64,000 nt of DNA from Spirochaetia bacterium (GTDB lineage: Bacteria > Spirochaetota > Spirochaetia > SZUA-6 > Bin103): positions 2,240,001-2,304,000 of the forward strand of contig OZ241907.1 of assembly GCA_965203515.1 (NCBI GenBank). The letters are read 5' to 3'. Positions 28,790 to 38,538 of this stretch are shown here, piece after piece (position 1 is the first letter of the stretch; the number at the start of each line of letters is the position of its first letter). The position numbers and the translations under genes were made by a program. The notes under the pieces were generated by a model, which saw only the letters and a list, made by a program, of their open reading frames with translations, made no database searches and was not told where the DNA came from.

Positions 28790-30397
28790 TCAGCGATCCT
28801 CGCCGCCGACTGCATCCGGGTTCCGATCGCGCGGCAGATCGATGACGAAGCGAGCGCCGCTGTCATGGTTCTCCGCCCGCACGGCGCCGCCGTGCGCCTC
28901 GACGTGCGCCCGCGCGATGGCAAGGCCAAGCCCACTGCCGCCTTCCGGGGCGTGCTCGCTGCGATAGAACCGCTCGAAGACGTGCGGCAGGTCCGCGGCG
29001 GCGATGCCGGCGCCGCGGTCGGTCACCGACAACACCGCGCCGTCGTCGCCGGCGTCTATCTCCACGACCACCGTCGTGCCGAGCGCGGTCCAGTCGATCG
29101 CGTTCTGCACCAGATTGCCGATGGCGACCTCCAGGGAGCGCCGATCGCCCGAAATCGCGGCTCGGTCGCGCTCCACCAGCTCCACCTGAACGGAGCGCGC
29201 CTCGGCCCGCGCGCGCAGCAGCGCGATCGCGCTCCGCGCGGCATCGGCGAGCTCCAGGGGACGCCGCTCCAGGCCGGCCACGCCGCCTTCCAGGCGGGCG
29301 ATGTCGAGCACGTTGGCCGTGATCCACTCCATGCGCTCGATCTGCCGTACGCACTCCGGCAGGAACTCCTTGCGCATCTGTTCGTCCTCGGGGTGTTTGG
29401 CCATCAGCTCGGTGAAGGTGCGCAGCGCGGTCAGCGGAGTACGAAGCTCATGCGAGGCGTCGCCCACGAAGCGGCGCAGCACGTCGCGCTCACGCCGCAG
29501 ATCCTCGATGGTGGTACCGAGCCGAGACGCCATGGCGTTGAAGGCGACCGCCAGCTCGCGCATTTCGCCCCGGCCGCGCTCCGGCGCGCGCACGCTGAGG
29601 TCGCCGTCGCCCATCCGCCGCGCCGACGCGGTCAGCGATGAGATCGGCGCCGTCATGCGGCGCCCGACCAGCAGACCGATCAGCGCCGCCAGCACCGTGG
29701 TCGCCACCCCGGCGGCCACGAAGGTGTCGCGCAGCCCGCCGCGCACCTCATCGAGGACGCCCGGCGCGGAGCCGATCTGCACGTAACCGACCGGCCGCGC
29801 CGAATCGCCGATCGACACGGTCACCGCCGGTTCGATGCCTTCTTCCGGCTCCTCCCACGCCGCCTGACCGGACGCCGCGTCGTGATCCATGCTGAGCCGA
29901 TTGCCGAACAGATCGCGCCGCACGCGCATGCCCTTTGCGTACGACTCCAGGCCGAACCGTCGATACATCTCCTCGCGCATTTTTTTTTGCACGGCGAGCG
30001 CGGCCGAACTCTCCCTCAGCATCAGCAGGGCCGCCGAACCGAACCCCGGCACGCCGAACGACGGAAAGGCCCAGACCAGCTCGTATTCGTCCATGCGGCC
30101 GGAGTCGGCCAGCACGTGCTGCGCGCGGTCGAGGATCCAGACCCGGACGTCGCCCATCAGCGCCGATGTCTTGGCCAATTGCTGCAACCGCCGCTGGTCG
30201 ACGATCGGCGTGAAGTAGGGAAGGCTCTGCGCGGCGATGGCCGCCGCGGTCGCGCTCAGCATGTCGCGCTCGCGACGTTCGACCAGACGATCGATCACCG
30301 CCATGGAAAGACCTCCCATGACGGCGATCGCGACGATCGAGATGACGGCGAAGCTGAGGACCAGCCGCCACCTGATCGTCGCGAACAAGCCGGGCAC
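28790..30397 (-). CDS. HAMP-domain sensor histidine kinase
   Basis: Two TM segments, HAMP, SHELRTPL, NLVQNA, DRGAGI, GSGLGL. Confidence 0.93.
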   Translation of the reverse strand: MPGLFATIRWRLVLSFAVISIVAIAVMGGLSMAVIDRLVERRERDMLSATAAAIAAQSLPYFTPIVDQRRLQQLAKTSALMGDVRVWILDRAQHVLADSGRMDEYELVWAFPSFGVPGFGSAALLMLRESSAALAVQKKMREEMYRRFGLESYAKGMRVRRDLFGNRLSMDHDAASGQAAWEEPEEGIEPAVTVSIGDSARPVGYVQIGSAPGVLDEVRGGLRDTFVAAGVATTVLAALIGLLVGRRMTAPISSLTASARRMGDGDLSVRAPERGRGEMRELAVAFNAMASRLGTTIEDLRRERDVLRRFVGDASHELRTPLTALRTFTELMAKHPEDEQMRKEFLPECVRQIERMEWITANVLDIARLEGGVAGLERRPLELADAARSAIALLRARAEARSVQVELVERDRAAISGDRRSLEVAIGNLVQNAIDWTALGTTVVVEIDAGDDGAVLSVTDRGAGIAAADLPHVFERFYRSEHAPEGGSGLGLAIARAHVEAHGGAVRAENHDSGARFVIDLPRDRNPDAVGGEDR

Positions 30398-30406
30398 CGA
30401 TTCGGA

Positions 30407-31252
30407 TTACAGGGCGCCGTCGGCGTCCATCATGCCGCCGCTCATGTCCTTGTCGGCATCTCCGGCGCGGCCCCCGCGGCGCTGCCAGCGCCGCTCGACG
30501 CGCTCCTTCATGTCTTCGAACGCGCGCTTCATGTCTTCCATCCCCGGCAGCGCCTGATAGCGGATGCCCAGCATCGCCGCCCCGCTCTCCGGGTGCTCAC
30601 CCAGGGTGACCGTTGCCGTCATCGCGTCCTTGCCGCGATGGTAGGCGATGCTCACCTCGTCGCCGGGCTCATGGCCGACGATGACCTCCGCGAGCTGGTC
30701 GGCCGCTCCGTCCAGGGACACGTCGCCGACGGCGGTGATCCAGTCGCCGGGCTGCAAGCCCGCCGCCTCGGCCGCGCTCTCCGGCGCCACCTCCATCACG
30801 ATCACCCCCGGCTTGTCGGACTCGAAGTGGAAGCGCCCGCCGTGCCCCAGCGGCTCCTTCGACATGCGCCTGCCGAGATCGAGCAGCAGGTCCATGTTGG
30901 CGCCCGCTCCGCCGGTGATCGCCAACCCGATGCGCGGCCGGCCCCAGACGCGGTCGATCGTCACGACCTGATCGCGCACGTCGTCGCCGTGCTTGACGCT
31001 CAGCGTCACCTCCGAGGCGTCCGCGTCGGCCAGCGCCTGCATCAGATCGCGCGCGCTGCCCAGGTCCTGACCGTCGATGCCCAGGATCAGATCGCCGCGC
31101 TCGATGCCGGCCGCCGCCGCCGGACCGTCCGGGTCGACGCCGGTGACGATCACCCCGGCCGGTGCGTCGCCGCTCTGGGCGGACAGCGGCGCGCCGATCG
31201 CCAGCAGCGCCGCGGTCGCGACCGCCAAAATCTTCGTGCGTCTCGTCGTCAT
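30407..31252 (-). CDS. Secreted tandem-PDZ protein (no protease domain)
   Basis: Signal peptide; two PDZ repeats (GPAAAAGIERGDLI, SAAEAAGLQPGDWI); GGAGGG RBS. Confidence 0.82.
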   Translation of the reverse strand: MTTRRTKILAVATAALLAIGAPLSAQSGDAPAGVIVTGVDPDGPAAAAGIERGDLILGIDGQDLGSARDLMQALADADASEVTLSVKHGDDVRDQVVTIDRVWGRPRIGLAITGGAGANMDLLLDLGRRMSKEPLGHGGRFHFESDKPGVIVMEVAPESAAEAAGLQPGDWITAVGDVSLDGAADQLAEVIVGHEPGDEVSIAYHRGKDAMTATVTLGEHPESGAAMLGIRYQALPGMEDMKRAFEDMKERVERRWQRRGGRAGDADKDMSGGMMDADGAL

Positions 31253-31325
31253 CGCAATTCCCTCCATGCGATTCAAGGTTGACCAGAGGATCGACCGCCG
31301 GGATTGCGAGCCGGTTTCCGCCGCA

Positions 31326-32036
31326 TCAAGATTTCGTAACACTCGCGAAGCGATAGCCGAACCCGCGGACGGTCTGAATCCAGCGCGGCGAGGCCGGATC
31401 TTCCTCGATCTTTTCCCGCAGCCGCCGCACGTGCACGTCGACGGTGCGGTCGTAGCCGATGTCCGCGGTGTATCCCCACACCGCTTCGATGATCTGCGCG
31501 CGGCTGAGCAGCCGCTCAGGCCGCTCGGCCAGATAGCGGAGCAGCCGGAACTCGGTCGGCGTCAGGTTCACCCGGCGGCCGTCGCGCTCGACCGCCATGA
31601 GGTCGGGATCGATCACCAGATCTCCGAAGCTGATGCGCTCGGTGCCGGCCGCCGCGGCCAGCTCGCCGTAGGCGCGCCGCAACAGCGCCCGCACGCGCGA
31701 GACGAGCTCGCGGAGCTGGTACGGCTTGACCACGTAGTCGTCGGCGCCGAGCTCCAGTCCCAGCACCTTGTCCAGCTCCTCGTCGCGCGCGGTGAGCATC
31801 AGGATCGGCTCGCGCCGGCCCTCGGCCCGGATGGTGCGGCACACGTCGAAGCCGCTCATGTCCGGCAGCCGGATGTCCAGGATCAGCAGCCTGGGGTTCC
31901 ACCTGCGGAACAGCTCCAGGCCGGACGTTCCGTCGCGCGCGCAGCGCACCGTGAAGTCCTCTTTGCTCAATCCGTACTCCAGGCCGCGCGCCACCGACGC
32001 GGAGTCCTCGATCACCAGGATACGGTCGCCGCTCAC
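31326..32036 (-). CDS. OmpR/PhoB-family response regulator
   Basis: ILVIED, LILDIRLP, GADDYVVKP, RTVDVHVRRLREKIE, TVRGFGY. Confidence 0.93.
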   Translation of the reverse strand: MSGDRILVIEDSASVARGLEYGLSKEDFTVRCARDGTSGLELFRRWNPRLLILDIRLPDMSGFDVCRTIRAEGRREPILMLTARDEELDKVLGLELGADDYVVKPYQLRELVSRVRALLRRAYGELAAAAGTERISFGDLVIDPDLMAVERDGRRVNLTPTEFRLLRYLAERPERLLSRAQIIEAVWGYTADIGYDRTVDVHVRRLREKIEEDPASPRWIQTVRGFGYRFASVTKS

Positions 32037-33148
32037 CGCCGGGCCGCCTGCGCCAGCGCGGCGCGCAGCTCGTCGAAGCCCTGCCGGCGCAGGGCGCTCA
32101 GCGGAATGGGCCGCGCCGACTCGCCCGGCTCCATGACGTCGGGCAGCGGCGTCCCGTCCGACAGGCGGTCGACCTTGTTGAGCACGGTCACGGTGGGGCG
32201 GCCGGCAGCGCCCAGATCGCGCAGCACGCGCAGTACCTCCGCCGCCTGCTGCCGCGCCATCGGGTGGCAGGCGTCGACCACGTGGATCAGCAAATCGGCC
32301 TCCACCACCTCTTCGAGCGTCGCGCGAAAGGCGGCGACCAAGTTGGCGGGCAGCTTCTGCACGAACCCCACGGTGTCGGTCAGCAGCAGCGGCACGTCGT
32401 CCGCGCGGATGCGACGCGTGGTCGGGTCGAGGGTAGCGAACAGGCGGTTCTCGGCCCGCACGTTGGCGCCGGTGAGCGCGTTCATCAGCGTGCTCTTGCC
32501 GGCGTTGGCGTAGCCGACCAGGGCGGCCACCGGGATGCGGTTGCGCCGCCGACGTTCGCGGTGGCCGGAGCGGGCCGCGGCGATCGCCCGCAGTTCGCGG
32601 CGCAGCCGGGCGATGCGGGTGCGCACGCGCCGCCGATCGACCTCCAACTGGGTCTCGCCCGGGCCGCGCACCCCCACGCCGGCGCTTCCGGCCGACCGGC
32701 CGCCGGCCTGGCGCGCCAAGTGAGTCCACATCCGGGTCAGGCGCGGCAGGCGATATTCGAGCTGCGCCAACTCCACCTGGAGCTTGCCTTCATGGGAGCG
32801 GGCGTGGGCGGCGAACACGTCCAGGATCAGCGCCGAGCGGTCGATCACCTTGATCTCCTCGCCGAAGATCTCTTCCAGGTTGCGCTGCTGGTTGGGCGCC
32901 AACTCGTCATCGAACAGCACCACGTCGACGCGCAGGCCGGAGGCGAGCTCCGCGAGCTGCGCCGCCTTGCCGGAACCGACGTAGGTCGCGGGGTTCGGCC
33001 GCGGCAGCCGCTGTCGCTCCCGGCCGGCGACCGCCAAGCCGGCGGTGCGCGCCAACTGACCCAGCTCGGCCAGGGACGCATCCAACGGCCAGTCGCCGCC
33101 GCCTCGCGTCAGCTCGCAGCCGACCAGCAATACCCGCTCAGCGCCCAT
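32033..33148 (-). CDS. hflX: Ribosome-splitting GTPase HflX
   Basis: LQVELAQLEYRLPRL, RGPGETQLE, GYANAGKST, LFATLDPT, DTVGF, NKVD. Confidence 0.95.
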   Translation of the reverse strand: MGAERVLLVGCELTRGGGDWPLDASLAELGQLARTAGLAVAGRERQRLPRPNPATYVGSGKAAQLAELASGLRVDVVLFDDELAPNQQRNLEEIFGEEIKVIDRSALILDVFAAHARSHEGKLQVELAQLEYRLPRLTRMWTHLARQAGGRSAGSAGVGVRGPGETQLEVDRRRVRTRIARLRRELRAIAAARSGHRERRRRNRIPVAALVGYANAGKSTLMNALTGANVRAENRLFATLDPTTRRIRADDVPLLLTDTVGFVQKLPANLVAAFRATLEEVVEADLLIHVVDACHPMARQQAAEVLRVLRDLGAAGRPTVTVLNKVDRLSDGTPLPDVMEPGESARPIPLSALRRQGFDELRAALAQAARR

Positions 33149-34580
33149 CGGCAGCCTCCGGTACGCCCGCGGCCGGTCCGGCGTCCGTGAGCCGCGCCGC
33201 CGCCGGCCCGGCCAGCCGCACCAACGCGCCGGTCACGACCGAGCGATCGCCCTCCACCTCGTTCCGCAGCTTCCGCACCTCCCGCCAAGCGCCATCCAGC
33301 GCCAGATCGCCGGGAGCGCCGGGGTAGTCCTTGGCAAGGGCGGCGGCCAGCGCCGCTCCGTCCCGGAGCGGGCCTTCGCGGCCGGCCTTGCCAAGATCGG
33401 CGCCGACCCGACGGTAGGCGTCGCGGAACGGCATGCCCTGCGCGACCAGTTCATAGGCGCGGTCGGCGGCCATCAGTTCCTCCGTACAGCCGGCGCGCAG
33501 CCGGCCCCGGTCGACCTCCAGCCGCGGCACGGCCAACCGCATCACCGTGACGCTGCCCGCCGCCTCCTCCAACGCGGTCAGGAACGGCCCCTTGGTCTGC
33601 TGGAGGTCGCGGTGGTAGCCGCTCGGCAGGTGATGGGTGATCGATCGGATGATCGCCGCCTGACCGTCGACGAACGCCGCCTTGGCCCGCACCAACTCCA
33701 GCAGATCGGGGTTGCGCTTCTGCGGCATGATGCTGCTGCCGGTGGTGAGCTCCTCCGGCAGGCGGAAGTAGCCGAGTTCCGGCAGCGTATACAGCAGCAG
33801 GTCCTGCGCCAGCCGCGCGAGCGTGCCGCAGACGCGGCCGGCCGCCTCCGCCACCTGCGCCTCCAGCGCGCCGCGGCTGGTGTTCACGTACAGCACGTTG
33901 TTCTGGACGCCCGCAAAGCCGAGCGCCGCGGCCACCATGCCGCGATCGACCGGCAGCGGCGCCCCGTACCCGGCCGCCGCCCCCAGCGGGCTGCGGTCGT
34001 TGCGCCGGTACGCGCAGGCGACCAGATCGGCGTCATCGATCAGCGCCTCCGCGAACGCGGCGGCCCACAGCCCGACCGTCGACGGCATGGCCGGCTGCAT
34101 GTGGGTCCGGCCGGCCATCGGCGTGCGTGCGTGGGCGCCGGCGAAATCGAGGAGCGCCGCGGCCAGCTCGGCGACTTCCGAGCGGAAGTCGAGCAGCCAC
34201 TCGCGCGTGTACAGGCGCAACGCCGCGATCACCTGATCGTTCCGCGAGCGGCCGGCGTGGATCTTCTTGCCGGCCTCTCCGGCCCGCCGGGTCAGGAATC
34301 GTTCCAGCGCCGAGTGGCCGTCCTCCTCGTCATCGCCGATGCGGAACCGACCCGCGTCGATCTCCGTCAGCGCCTCTTGCAGCGCATCCCGCAGCGCGGC
34401 GAGCTCGCCGGCCGCAAGGACGCCGATCGCGCCGAGCATGTCCGCGTGCGCGAGGCTGGCGACCGCGTCCGCCTTGAGCAGCTTGCGGTCGTGGCGGCGG
34501 TCGTCGCCGACCGTAAAGCGTTCGACCACCGGGTCGAGGCGGCCGCCCTTATCCCACAGCCTGGCCCTTTCCCGGCTCAC
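33138..34580 (-). CDS. argH: Argininosuccinate lyase
   Basis: HAGRSRNDQV, GRTHMQPAMP, TGSSIMPQKRNPD, SGYHRDLQ. Confidence 0.92.
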   Translation of the reverse strand: MSRERARLWDKGGRLDPVVERFTVGDDRRHDRKLLKADAVASLAHADMLGAIGVLAAGELAALRDALQEALTEIDAGRFRIGDDEEDGHSALERFLTRRAGEAGKKIHAGRSRNDQVIAALRLYTREWLLDFRSEVAELAAALLDFAGAHARTPMAGRTHMQPAMPSTVGLWAAAFAEALIDDADLVACAYRRNDRSPLGAAAGYGAPLPVDRGMVAAALGFAGVQNNVLYVNTSRGALEAQVAEAAGRVCGTLARLAQDLLLYTLPELGYFRLPEELTTGSSIMPQKRNPDLLELVRAKAAFVDGQAAIIRSITHHLPSGYHRDLQQTKGPFLTALEEAAGSVTVMRLAVPRLEVDRGRLRAGCTEELMAADRAYELVAQGMPFRDAYRRVGADLGKAGREGPLRDGAALAAALAKDYPGAPGDLALDGAWREVRKLRNEVEGDRSVVTGALVRLAGPAAARLTDAGPAAGVPEAADGR

Positions 34581-36124
34581 GGCGCGCCGGTCCCGCCGTC
34601 GCGCGCGATCCACAGGTTGAGCATCTTCTCGGTCGCCTCCGCCGCGGCGAGCACCTGGTCGGAGTTGACCCCCTTGGTCATCAGCGAATCGCCGTCGCCG
34701 CGCCACGTGATCGTGCACTGCACGATCGCGTCCGAATGGCCGCCGGGCGGGATCGATACGACGTAATCGACCAGCTCCGGCAGCGTCAGGCCGATCTTGC
34801 CGGCGATCAGGCCGACGGCATTCATGAACGCGTCGTACCCGCCGTCCCCCTGGGCCGAATCCTCGTGCATCACGGTCTCCTGCGCGCCGGGGGCGGTGAA
34901 GCGGAGCTTGACCGCGGCCGTGGAGCGGATGCCGATGGCGGAGACCACCACGGCCGACTCCAACACGAAGTGGCGTTCGTGGGGCCGCGCCAGCACGTCG
35001 TCGACGATGTAGGGCAGGTCCTGCTGGGAGATCGTCGCCTTGCGGTCGGCCAGTTCCTTGATCCGTTCCAGCACCGCGCTGCGCTGCTCGCCGCTCAACT
35101 CGATGCCGAGCGCGTCGAGGTGATGCTCCAGGGTCGCCTTGCCGGCCAGCTTGCCGAGCGCGTAGGAGCGCTCCCGGCCGAACCGTTCAGGGCGCAGCCG
35201 GCCCAGGTAGAGATCGCCCTTGCGATCGCCGTCGGCGTGGATGCCGGCGGTCTGGGTAAAGGCGTTGGCGCCGGAGATCGCCTTGTTGGGCGGCACGCGG
35301 CGGCCGGAGACCACGTCGACCCGTTCGCTCACCTGCACCAGCCGGTGTTCGCGAACGCGGGTGGTCTTGCCCAGGAAGTCGTGGACGCCGACCACCACCT
35401 CGTCCAACGGGGCGTTGCCGGCGCGCTCTCCCATGCCGTTCACGGTGCAGTGCACGCCGGTGATCCCGGCGGCGACCGCCGCCAGCGTGTTGGCGGTAGC
35501 CAAGCCGTAGTCGTTGTGCGCGTGGAAGTCGAAGCGTCGATCGGGATACCGGCCCAGGATGGTCGCCACCATCTCGGTCACCATCGGCGGCGACAGCACG
35601 CCCAGGGTGTCGGGCAGCATGATGCGCACGACCGGCGTATCGGCCAGGCCGTCGAGGAGTCGCAGCACGTAGTCGCGGGAGTCGATCATGCCGTTGGACC
35701 AGTCCTCCAGGTAGAGGTTACAGGCCACTCCCTGCCGCTGCGCCGTGCGGACGGTGTCGTCGATGTCCTGCAGGTGCTGCTCCGGCGTCTTGCGCAGTTG
35801 CCTGGTCAAGTGCTTGAGCGACCCCTTGGCCAGCACGTTCATCACCCTCCCGCCCCGATCGGCGATCCAGCGAGCGGAGGCGTCGCCGTCGGTGTAGCCG
35901 AGGATCTCCACGCGATCGGCGACCCCGCGCGCCGCGGCCCACCGCAGCACCGTCTCCGCCCCGGCCCGCTCGCCGGCGCTCACCTGCGCGCTGGCGATCT
36001 CGATGCGGTCCACGCCGACCTCTTCCAGCACGAATTGAGCGATGGAAAGCTTCTCGTCCGGCGTATAGCTGACGTCGCGCATCTGCTCCCCGTCGCGCAG
36101 CGTGGTGTCCATCACCTCGATCAT
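34577..36124 (-). CDS. cimA: (R)-citramalate synthase (Leptospira/Bacteroides-type LeuA/CimA family)
   Basis: DTTLRDGEQ, VDRIEIASA, YLEDWSNG, HAHNDY, TQTAGIHADGD, C-terminal regulatory domain. Confidence 0.8.
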   Translation of the reverse strand: MIEVMDTTLRDGEQMRDVSYTPDEKLSIAQFVLEEVGVDRIEIASAQVSAGERAGAETVLRWAAARGVADRVEILGYTDGDASARWIADRGGRVMNVLAKGSLKHLTRQLRKTPEQHLQDIDDTVRTAQRQGVACNLYLEDWSNGMIDSRDYVLRLLDGLADTPVVRIMLPDTLGVLSPPMVTEMVATILGRYPDRRFDFHAHNDYGLATANTLAAVAAGITGVHCTVNGMGERAGNAPLDEVVVGVHDFLGKTTRVREHRLVQVSERVDVVSGRRVPPNKAISGANAFTQTAGIHADGDRKGDLYLGRLRPERFGRERSYALGKLAGKATLEHHLDALGIELSGEQRSAVLERIKELADRKATISQQDLPYIVDDVLARPHERHFVLESAVVVSAIGIRSTAAVKLRFTAPGAQETVMHEDSAQGDGGYDAFMNAVGLIAGKIGLTLPELVDYVVSIPPGGHSDAIVQCTITWRGDGDSLMTKGVNSDQVLAAAEATEKMLNLWIARDGGTGAP

Positions 36125-36171
36125 TTCGCTTCGTGTCTCCTTTGACGCTCCGGGAGGATGGCATCCCTCGA

Positions 36172-36295
36172 TTAACGAGAAAGGCCGTGAGCCTCCGGGA
36201 GCCCACGGCCTGCCTCGATCACCGGTCGTGATCGGCTAGCGCGCGTGGGACCCCTGCAGGCCCTCGATAATCTCGAACGGAGCGCACCCGGCCAT
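36172..36295 (-). promoter_or_regulatory. Putative transcription attenuator: 19-aa leader peptide plus terminator hairpin upstream of cimA
   Basis: 36295-36236 encodes MAGCAPFEIIEGLQGSHAR*; stem AGGCCGUG/CACGGCCU followed by a U-rich tail; GGCCUGC in the leader can pair with GCAGGCC overlapping the stem. Confidence 0.55.
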
Positions 36296-36475
36296 CGCCT
36301 TCACGGTACCGAAGCGAACCACCGCCGTCAAGCGACCGCAGCCGGTCGATCTCCGGCCAGCGCCGCTGCCGCAAGGAATATGTACAAGCAGAGGCTGAGC
36401 GCCGCGCAAAGGTAACACGGGACGGCGCACTCCGTACGTTGAAGCGCCAGCGCCGGCAGCGCGCTTATCCAAGCG

Positions 36476-37447
36476 ATGCCGGTGAACCGACCGCACGACA
36501 AGTTGTTCCGCGCCGTGTTCGGCCACGCCCCCGAGGCGGCCGCCCTGTTGCGCGCCCATCTGCCGGAGACGCTCGCCCGCGATCTGCACTGGTCCAGCCT
36601 CACCCGGCAGGACGCCACCTTCGTCGACGACGAGTTGCGCGACAGCGAGTCCGATCTGCTCTTCTCGGTGGAGCGCACCGCCGGCGACCAACCGCCCGTC
36701 TGGCTCTACGTGTTGCTGGAGCATCAGTCGAAGCCGTCCCGCTGGATGCCGTTCCGGCTGCTCAAGTACTGCTGCCGCATATGGGACCGAAGCCGCCGGA
36801 CGTTCCCGAAGGAACGGTATCTGCGCCCGATCATACCGGTCGTCTTCTACCAGGGACGGCGCCGCTGGCGGCACGCCGCGCAGTTCGCGGAACTGTTCGC
36901 CCCGCCGGCGCGAACGTGGCCGTGGGTGCCGCGATTCCTGCACCTGCTGATCGACCAGTCGCCGGCAAGTCCGCCGGAGGTGCGCGGCGCGTTGCGAGGC
37001 CGCATCGCGCAGCTTATGATGATGGCAGCGTATCGGCGCCGGCGGGAAGCGTTGCAGCGCGCCGCTCACCTGCTGTCGGACGTGATGCGGCGCGGGGACC
37101 GCGACGCGGTCCGCGCGATCGTCATGTACCTGTGGGCGACGCAGGATCGCGCCACGGCCCGACGATTCGGCGAGAAGTTGCGCGACGCGGTACCGGAGCC
37201 AGGAGGTGATCTGATGACCTATGCCGAGGAGTTGATCCTGGAAGGCGAACGCAAGGGCGAACAACGTGGACGACGCGAAGGCGAACAACGCGGACGCATC
37301 GAAGGGCAGGTACGCACCATCGAGCGCTTGGTGCAAGCCGGCGTGCAGTGGCCGCTCATCGAATCCGCGACCGGCATCGACCGGGAGGCGCTGAGCGCTC
37401 TCAAACGCCGGCTCGAAGGACCTGACACCAACGCCGATCCGACTTGA
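36476..37447 (+). CDS. Rpn/YhgA-family recombination-promoting nuclease (copy 1)
   Basis: PHDKLFRAVF, SDLLFSV, YVLLEHQS, MPFRLLKY, IIPVVFYQG. Confidence 0.9.
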   Translation: MPVNRPHDKLFRAVFGHAPEAAALLRAHLPETLARDLHWSSLTRQDATFVDDELRDSESDLLFSVERTAGDQPPVWLYVLLEHQSKPSRWMPFRLLKYCCRIWDRSRRTFPKERYLRPIIPVVFYQGRRRWRHAAQFAELFAPPARTWPWVPRFLHLLIDQSPASPPEVRGALRGRIAQLMMMAAYRRRREALQRAAHLLSDVMRRGDRDAVRAIVMYLWATQDRATARRFGEKLRDAVPEPGGDLMTYAEELILEGERKGEQRGRREGEQRGRIEGQVRTIERLVQAGVQWPLIESATGIDREALSALKRRLEGPDTNADPT

Positions 37448-37578
37448 CGATCGGCGCGCAATCGACACGACGGGAGAGTAAGCCCAAGCGCCCGATTCTC
37501 ATCTTGATTGTCGCCGGACAAGTGACCGGCCACCCCGTACGTTGAAGCGCCAGCGCCGGCAGCGCGCTTATCCTAGCG

Positions 37579-38538
37579 ATGCCGGTGAACCGACCGCACG
37601 ACAAGCTGTTCCGCGCCGTGTTCGGCCACGCCCCAGAGGCGGCCGCCCTGCTGCGCGCCCATCTGCCGGAGACGCTCGCCCGCGATCTGCAGTGGTCCAG
37701 CCTCACCCGGCAGGACGCCACCTTCGTCGACGACGAGTTGCGCGGCAGCGAGTCCGATCTGCTCTTCTCGGTGGAGCGGACCGCCGGCGACCAACCGCCC
37801 GTCTGGCTCTACGTGCTGCTGGAGCATCAGTCCAAGCCGTCTCGCTGGATGCCGTTCCGGCTGCTCAAGTACTGCTGCCGCATATGGGACCGAAGCCGCC
37901 GGACGTTTCCGCAGGAACGGTATCTGCGCCCGATCATACCGGTCGTCTTCTACCAGGGTCGGCGCCGCTGGCGGCACGCCGCCCAGTTCGCCGAACTGTT
38001 CGCCCCGCCGGTGCGCATGTGGCCGTGGGTGCCGCGATTCCTGCACCTGCTGATCGACCAGTCGCCGACAAGGCCGCCGGAGGTGCGCGGCGAGTTGCGA
38101 GGCCGCATCGCGCAGCTTATGATGATGGCAGCGTATCGGCGACGGCGGGAAGCGTTGCAGCGCGCCGCGCACCTGCTGACGGACGTGATGCTGAGCGGAG
38201 ACCGCGACGCGGTCCGCCCGATCGTCAGGTACCTGTGGGCGACGCAGGGTCGCGCCGCGGCCCGACGATTCGGCGAGGAGTTGCGCGACGCGGTACCGGA
38301 GCCAGGAGGTGATCTGATGACCTATGCCGAGGAGTTGATCCTGGAAGGCGAACAACGCGGACGACGAGAGGGCGAACAACGCGGACGCATCGAAGGGCAG
38401 GTACGCACCATCGAGCGTATGGTGCAAGCCGGCGTGCAGTGGCCGCTCATCGAATCCGCGACCGGCATCGACCGGGAGGCGTTGAGCGCTCTCAAACGCC
38501 GGCTCGAAGGACCTGACACCAACGCCGATCCGACTTGA
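37579..38538 (+). CDS. Rpn/YhgA-family recombination-promoting nuclease (copy 2)
   Basis: Near-identical to copy 1, including flanks. Confidence 0.9.
   Translation: MPVNRPHDKLFRAVFGHAPEAAALLRAHLPETLARDLQWSSLTRQDATFVDDELRGSESDLLFSVERTAGDQPPVWLYVLLEHQSKPSRWMPFRLLKYCCRIWDRSRRTFPQERYLRPIIPVVFYQGRRRWRHAAQFAELFAPPVRMWPWVPRFLHLLIDQSPTRPPEVRGELRGRIAQLMMMAAYRRRREALQRAAHLLTDVMLSGDRDAVRPIVRYLWATQGRAAARRFGEELRDAVPEPGGDLMTYAEELILEGEQRGRREGEQRGRIEGQVRTIERMVQAGVQWPLIESATGIDREALSALKRRLEGPDTNADPT

Noticed and set aside
36476..38538. Insertion sequence / active transposon
   Set aside because: No terminal inverted repeats, target duplication or DDE motif; Rpn proteins are not shown to transpose
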